Part shown: positions 58,455 through 64,000 of the stretch, in pieces
How positions within the stretch are numbered: position 1 is the stretch's first letter
Layout: each line of letters opens with the position of its first letter
DNA from: Eledone cirrhosa
Taxonomy: Eukaryota
Direction of reading: 5' to 3'
Length of the DNA: 64,000 nt
Assembly (NCBI GenBank): GCA_964016885.1
Contig: OZ024740.1
Location: 299,150,001-299,214,000, forward strand
The notes under the pieces: generated by a model
Told to the model about the DNA's origin: nothing
What the model saw: only the letters and a program-made list of their open reading frames with translations
Databases searched by the model: none
Made by a program: the position numbers and the translations under genes

Positions 58455-61400
58455 TTACAGTTGCATTTATCTTGCTTTATGTTCATACGAGTTATCACCA
58501 AGTTACAACCAGTGACCTCAAGAGACAACAAGGTCCGCCATGTTCAAGAAAGAACATATATACTCACACATGCATCTTTAGTGTTTAGACTTGTGATGTA
58601 CTTATATTGACATAATCTTCCTTAGTATATGGGCAGTTCCCATTAGTACTATCTTTTGTATTTCTCCTATACGCGGGTTTCCTGGGATTTGCGATAAGTA
58701 ATCATTAGACCCCTTAGGTATCATTCCCAGAGCGCCTACAACCACTGGTATTGTTTTAGTTCTCAATTTCCACATTTTTCCAATTTCTATCTCCAGGTCC
58801 TTATACTTGCTCAATTTTTCAAATGTTTTTATAGATACATTTTTGTCTATTGGAACGGACATATCAATTAAAAACCCTCTTTTTAAAGTCCTTCAATATT
58901 ATATCAGGTCTATTTGCATCTATTTTTCGGTCTGTTTGGATGCTAAAGTTCCACAAGATTGAGGTGTGATCTTTTTCAAGTATAGGAGGTGGTTGATGCT
59001 CCCACCAATTCTTTTCATGGGGCAGGTCAAAATGCTTACACATTATCCAATGTATGTATTGTGCAGCTCTTTCATGCCTGTTTAGGTATTCGGTTGGAGC
59101 TATAGGACTGCACATTGAAATTATATGGTCAATGGTCTCTGGTTGTTTTTTACATACACGGCATAATGGGCTGCATCTATTTTTTATTATGTTGGCTTGG
59201 TAATTTTTTGTTGGCAGACACTGATCTTGTGCTGATATAATCAGTCCTTAAGTCGCCGATTTCAGTCCAGAGGATGCCAACCACTGATGGGTTAAAGTTT
59301 TGTCAACATCAGGATTGTTAGCTCGTTCTGGGTATTTTCCATACAGAGGCTTTTCTTGCCATTTCTTAGCCAGTTTCTGTAGCAGTTCTTTCTTTGCAGT
59401 TACTTTTACCTGCTTTGCTTTTTCTGTGTTTTCCATTTCAGCAGTAAATGGGACTTCTGAAATGTGTAGTCCATTACTGTATCTTTGTGCATCTTTTGTA
59501 ATGGAGTATGATCTTTTGATGCTTTCGTGTTTCAAAACGAGTTTGATCATCCTATCATGTGATTCCCTTAGATATGTAGATAATCCAATTGTTGCAGTTT
59601 TCAACGCAATGTCTAATTGTATTAACCCACGTCCTCCTTCTTTCCTAGGGAGATATATTCTATCTGTATCTGCCTTAGGGTGATGCATTCTGTGCATGGT
59701 TAAGAATTTTCGAATTTTTGTATCGAGCTTACGGATCTCTGTGCTTGACTAGTTGATGACATTGTAACTCTAGGTTACTACTGGTATGGCAAGCGTGTTT
59801 ATGGCATCGATCCTATTCCTTGCATTCAATTCCGTTCTTAAGATTGCTCTTACTCTGCGGTAACATTCCTTCCTTATCCTTTCCCTCATTGTCGAGTGCT
59901 TGATTCCGTCTCCTTCACAAACACCTAGATATTTGTAAGTTTCCTATTGATCAAGTTCTCTTATCACATTCCCTCGATCAAGATTAATGTCTGAACTTTT
60001 CAGCAGCTTTCATATGGTGAACGTTGCTTTGGCGCATTTATCTAGTCCAAACTCCATTTTAATGTCATCACTGAATTGTTCCACAGTGGATAATAGCCCT
60101 TGCAATTGTTCATCATTTTTTGCAAATAGTTTCAGGTCATCCATGTAGAACATGTGATTAATGGTTTTGTCATAGACTTTATATCCATGTTTTGTTTCAT
60201 TGAGCATTTTACTTAATGGTATAAGTGCGATGCAGAATAAAAGCGGTGATAAAGAGTCACCCTGAAAAATTCCACTATTAATATTAACTTCTCCAGCTTC
60301 CAGTGATTTTTTTTCACTATTCAAAAGGAGTGTCGTTTTCCATGTCTTCATACTGAATGACAAAAACCTCCTGACAACGGGGGATATTTTGAAAATCTCT
60401 AAACATTTTTCAATCCAACTGTGGGGCAAACTATCGAATGCTTTTTTATAATCTATCCAAGCAATTGATAGATTTTTGCGTCTATTATGACAATCTTCCA
60501 GTATCATTTAACCAAAAGCTGCTTGCTCCTTACAGCCATATGAGCCTCGTTTACACCCTTTCTACTCAATGGGAAATAGGTCATTTGTTATCAGGTAGTC
60601 ATATGTATATTCAGTTAGGTCTAATGTTAACATTTTATACATTGTGGTCAAGCAAGTTATCGGTCTGTAATTTTTGGGATTGTTTGTCTCATCATTCTTC
60701 GGAAGCAGGAATGTAATGCCGTTAACTAGCCATGATGGTATCTTTTCTGGCTCCTGAACTATTTCATTGTAAAGTTAGGCTAACAGCTCATGAGACTCTG
60801 TGAAGGCATTTATCCAAAAATTTTGTATTTTGTCTTTTCCTGGGGATTTCCATTTGCTGGTTTTTCTTAGAGCCAAACGCAACTGTTCAACTGTTATATT
60901 TTCTCATATTTGTTCCTCAAGGTGAGCTGTATTTTTCATTTGTCTGTCTATCCATGGGGCATGTATATTATGAACTTTTTCTTCGGCCCAGATCTTTTCC
61001 CAGAATTCTTGCATTTCCTCCTTGGGTTTAGCAGTTATTGTTGACTTACCAATTTTTCTGTAGAAGTTTCTTTGTTTGGTTTTGAACATATTATTGTCCT
61101 TATAGAATCTAGATCGTTTTTCAAAGCGCCTTATACGAGCAGCTTTGGCCGACACTTTTTGCTTGATTATTTCTATCAGCATGCCTATGTCACTTGTTGG
61201 TTTTATACTGTACTTTCTTTTCAATTTTCTAAGTTTAGTTTGTTTAACATGTTCACCTACTTTATAGTTTGTTAAAATTTCTATGTCAGATCGGAGAAGG
61301 TTTATTTGGCGATTGATGTTCTCTTGCCAAGTAGATTTCTTGTGGGAATTCCTTTGTTTTTTCATCTTCACTCCACATAAGTGAGTGGTGACTTTAGCCG

Positions 61401-61860
61401 ATGCATAATAGAGATGATTTAAATCAGTAATGTTTAGTTTGTTTGTGATGATAATGTTTTTGATAATTTATGTTAGTCTTGTGTATTATCTTTTGGTTCT
61501 GTTTGGAGTTCTGGATCTTAGGGAGGGTGTCTCGTTCCCCCATGTCAGATTCTTTCATTTTCATCCATTCGATCATAATTTCATCCTTCAAGTTGGCAAG
61601 TTCATTCTCATTCATTTCTTTATCATTTACGATCTCATTATTTTCATTTGGAGTTTCATCTTGAGCATGCACTCCCTCCACTTTTTCGATCCTTTCTTTA
61701 ATTTGTTCTGTTGTCAGTGATTCCGCCCCAACCCTGGGATTCGAAGTGTTACAATTTACCTCGTTTTAACTGACACATGTTTCATTTTACCTTCGCTGAC
61801 TTTGTGCTAATAGCTTGATCTGATCAATTTCTATATCAGTTAGTAACTTTTTTTGGTCAC
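58455..61860 (-). mobile_element. R4/Dong-type non-LTR retrotransposon family 2, near full ORF, frameshifted
   Basis: WIDYKKAFDSLPH, GIFQGDSLSPLLF, HMFYMDDLKLF, DRIYLPRKEGGRGL, CCHC finger, NRPDIIL, KLSKYKDL, PVVVGALG. (TAA)n-type tail. Confidence 0.93.
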
Positions 61861-62872
61861 GGGGTTTTCTTTTTTGTTGTTTTTTTAAATTGTTATTATC
61901 ATGAGTGATTCCTTAATGTGAGCATTGCGTGGCATAAGAATGAAATTATTAATAATTGTCTCCACTCCAAGCACAAGGCCAGCAATTACCCAGTGCATTA
62001 CAATAATATAATATACTTTTTGCTGAAGTTGCCTGTTATTGTTGTTGGCTATGTCGGTAGTGGTGCTGGGGCTTTTTATATTGTGGGTGGGGAAGGGGGG
62101 AGCCAGCAGTGCCATAGTTGTTGATGTTTGGCCGGTGACCGGGTCACTAAGTCAATCTATTTATATCTTTTGCTAGCATCTCCCTTGTCTAGTGATACCG
62201 CCACCTTCCTTTTTCTTAAGTTAACAGCAGGTAATGGGGAATAGTGGTGGTAGCAATGAAGGAGTGGTGGCGGCTGTGATGGGATAGTGGTAGCAATGAT
62301 GGATGGAGTGGTGGCGGCGGTGGCGTTGTCGTTACTGAGTTTTGTTGAATAGACTGTAGTTTTGTTTGATCTGTAGTATCTATGCGTTTGTGTCGCGTAT
62401 GTTTAATATATGTGTTGACATATTCTCTTAATATTGGAATTAAACATTTTGTTAAAACTTGAGACAATAATAATAGTAATAGTAATTATTATTATGATGC
62501 TGGGATTGGTGGTGGTGAAATTGCCGTTATCTGGCTGTTGTATTTAGTGTGTACACAGCGGGGTAATAGGGTAGGTGGTGTATCTAGTTTCTGGTGTTGG
62601 TGAAATTGCTGTTATATAGTGTGTAGACAGTGGGGGTTTTCTTCCATTTATAACCATTTTCTTTTTTGAATATAAAATATATAATACAAAATTGAATATT
62701 TGAGCGATATAACAATATATTATGGATCCGAATTTTTATGAGACTTGATTCGGTGATTTATGCATCATTTGTACTAAGAATTGTTATTTCACAATTGATT
62801 TAAATATGTTAAAAATCAAAAACTTACAGGAGCGATTTCCTGACCTTCTACCACCACGTGCGTCTTCTTCCC

Positions 62873-62954
<82 letters not shown>

Positions 62955-62958
62955 TATA

Positions 62959-64000
62959 TGGAAAAAAGGAAATTTCATTTCTCACTCTTAGTACGGCTTA
63001 CTTAAATGTAAGTATGTATACGTACATACATATATGTATACAGACGTACATCAGTATGTATATACATACATACATGCACACATATATATATATGTACGTA
63101 TGGGTTTACCGAACATTTATTATAATGCTCTGTTTGTTTGTAAACAAACAGCCGAATTAAGCCGTACAGTGTTCGGCAACCATTGTTGCCATTTTGTTCA
63201 ACATTGACAAAGGAACGATGAACTAGTTTCTAGCTCATTAGCTGTCATCAGCACCGTATACCTTGCTGTCAGATGAATGAACGTTTGAATGTATATACTT
63301 TCCCTATGCATATTAACGACTGAGTAGCCTGATTTGCATATCGAGTGAGTTATTTGGCCGGGCGTACCGAAAACGATAAATGGAAAAAATGAAATTTCAT
63401 TTCTCACTCTTAGTACGGCTGCTACCTAAATATAAGTATGTATACGTACATACATATATTTATACAGACGCACAGTAGTATGTATATACATACATACTAT
63501 GTATATACATACATATATGCACACATATATATATGTACGTATGGGTTTGCCGAACATTTATTATAATGCTCGCTTTGTTTGTAAACAAACAGCTCGAATT
63601 ATTAACCGAACAGTGTTCGGCAACCATCGTTGCCATTTTGTTCAACACTGACAAAGGAACGATGAACTAGTTTCTTGCTTGTTAGCTGTCATCAGCACCG
63701 TATACCTTCCTGTCAGTTGATTGAACGTCTGTACGTCTGTATACATATATGTATGTACGTATACATACTTACATTTAAGTATCAGCCGTACTAAGAGTAA
63801 GAAATGAAATTTCATTTTTTCCATTTATCGTTTTCGGTACGCCCTGCCGACTAACTCACTCGATATGCAAATTAGGCTGTTCAGCCGTTAATATGCATAA
63901 GTAAATTATATACTTTCAAACGTTCAATCAACTGACAGGAAGGTACACGGTGCTGATGACAGCTAATAAGCTAGAAACTAGTTCATCGTTCCTTTGTCAG
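62959..64000 (-). mobile_element. Tandem plus inverted ~420-445-bp hammerhead-containing repeat (retrozyme or pseudo-LTR-like)
   Basis: Units at 62959-63380 and 63381-~63730, then an inverted unit from ~63730 to the window end. Hammerheads at 63204-63272 (-), 63648-63716 (-) and 63932-64000 (+). Confidence 0.85.
63932..64000 (+). ncRNA. Type I hammerhead ribozyme with extended helix I
   Basis: ctgacaggaagg-tacac-ggtg CTGATGA c-agct-aata-agct-a GAAA ctag TT catc-gtt-cctttgtcag. Confidence 0.8.

Overview
This is AT-rich, microsatellite-saturated animal DNA. The SINE family and repeat landscape resemble an octopod cephalopod (inference). I see no convincing host protein-coding gene; most ORFs in the track are microsatellite artefacts. 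Recognisable transposon remains are a Helitron Rep pseudogene, a HINE-like element, a mariner 3' end, a complete but mutated Tc1-like element with DD36E spacing, pogo- and hAT-type MITEs, a CR1/L2 fragment, two large R4/Dong-type RLE LINEs, a Penelope-like RT fragment and many tRNA-derived SINEs. There is also a 5 kb satellite of 56-bp units with a 211-bp higher-order repeat. The main hidden signal is RNA structure: about 16 type I hammerhead ribozyme motifs from roughly 11 dissimilar short repeat families. Many lie in fold-back or tandem arrangements typical of Penelope pseudo-LTRs or retrozymes. Three carry the compensatory U3:A8 core and several have enlarged helix II domains. A second signal is a fixed-end ~600-bp non-coding module (3 copies plus a diverged sister) that sits in (TACA)n tracts, twice directly upstream of 5'-truncated R4/Dong LINEs. 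All motifs were read by eye; no folding or database search was run.
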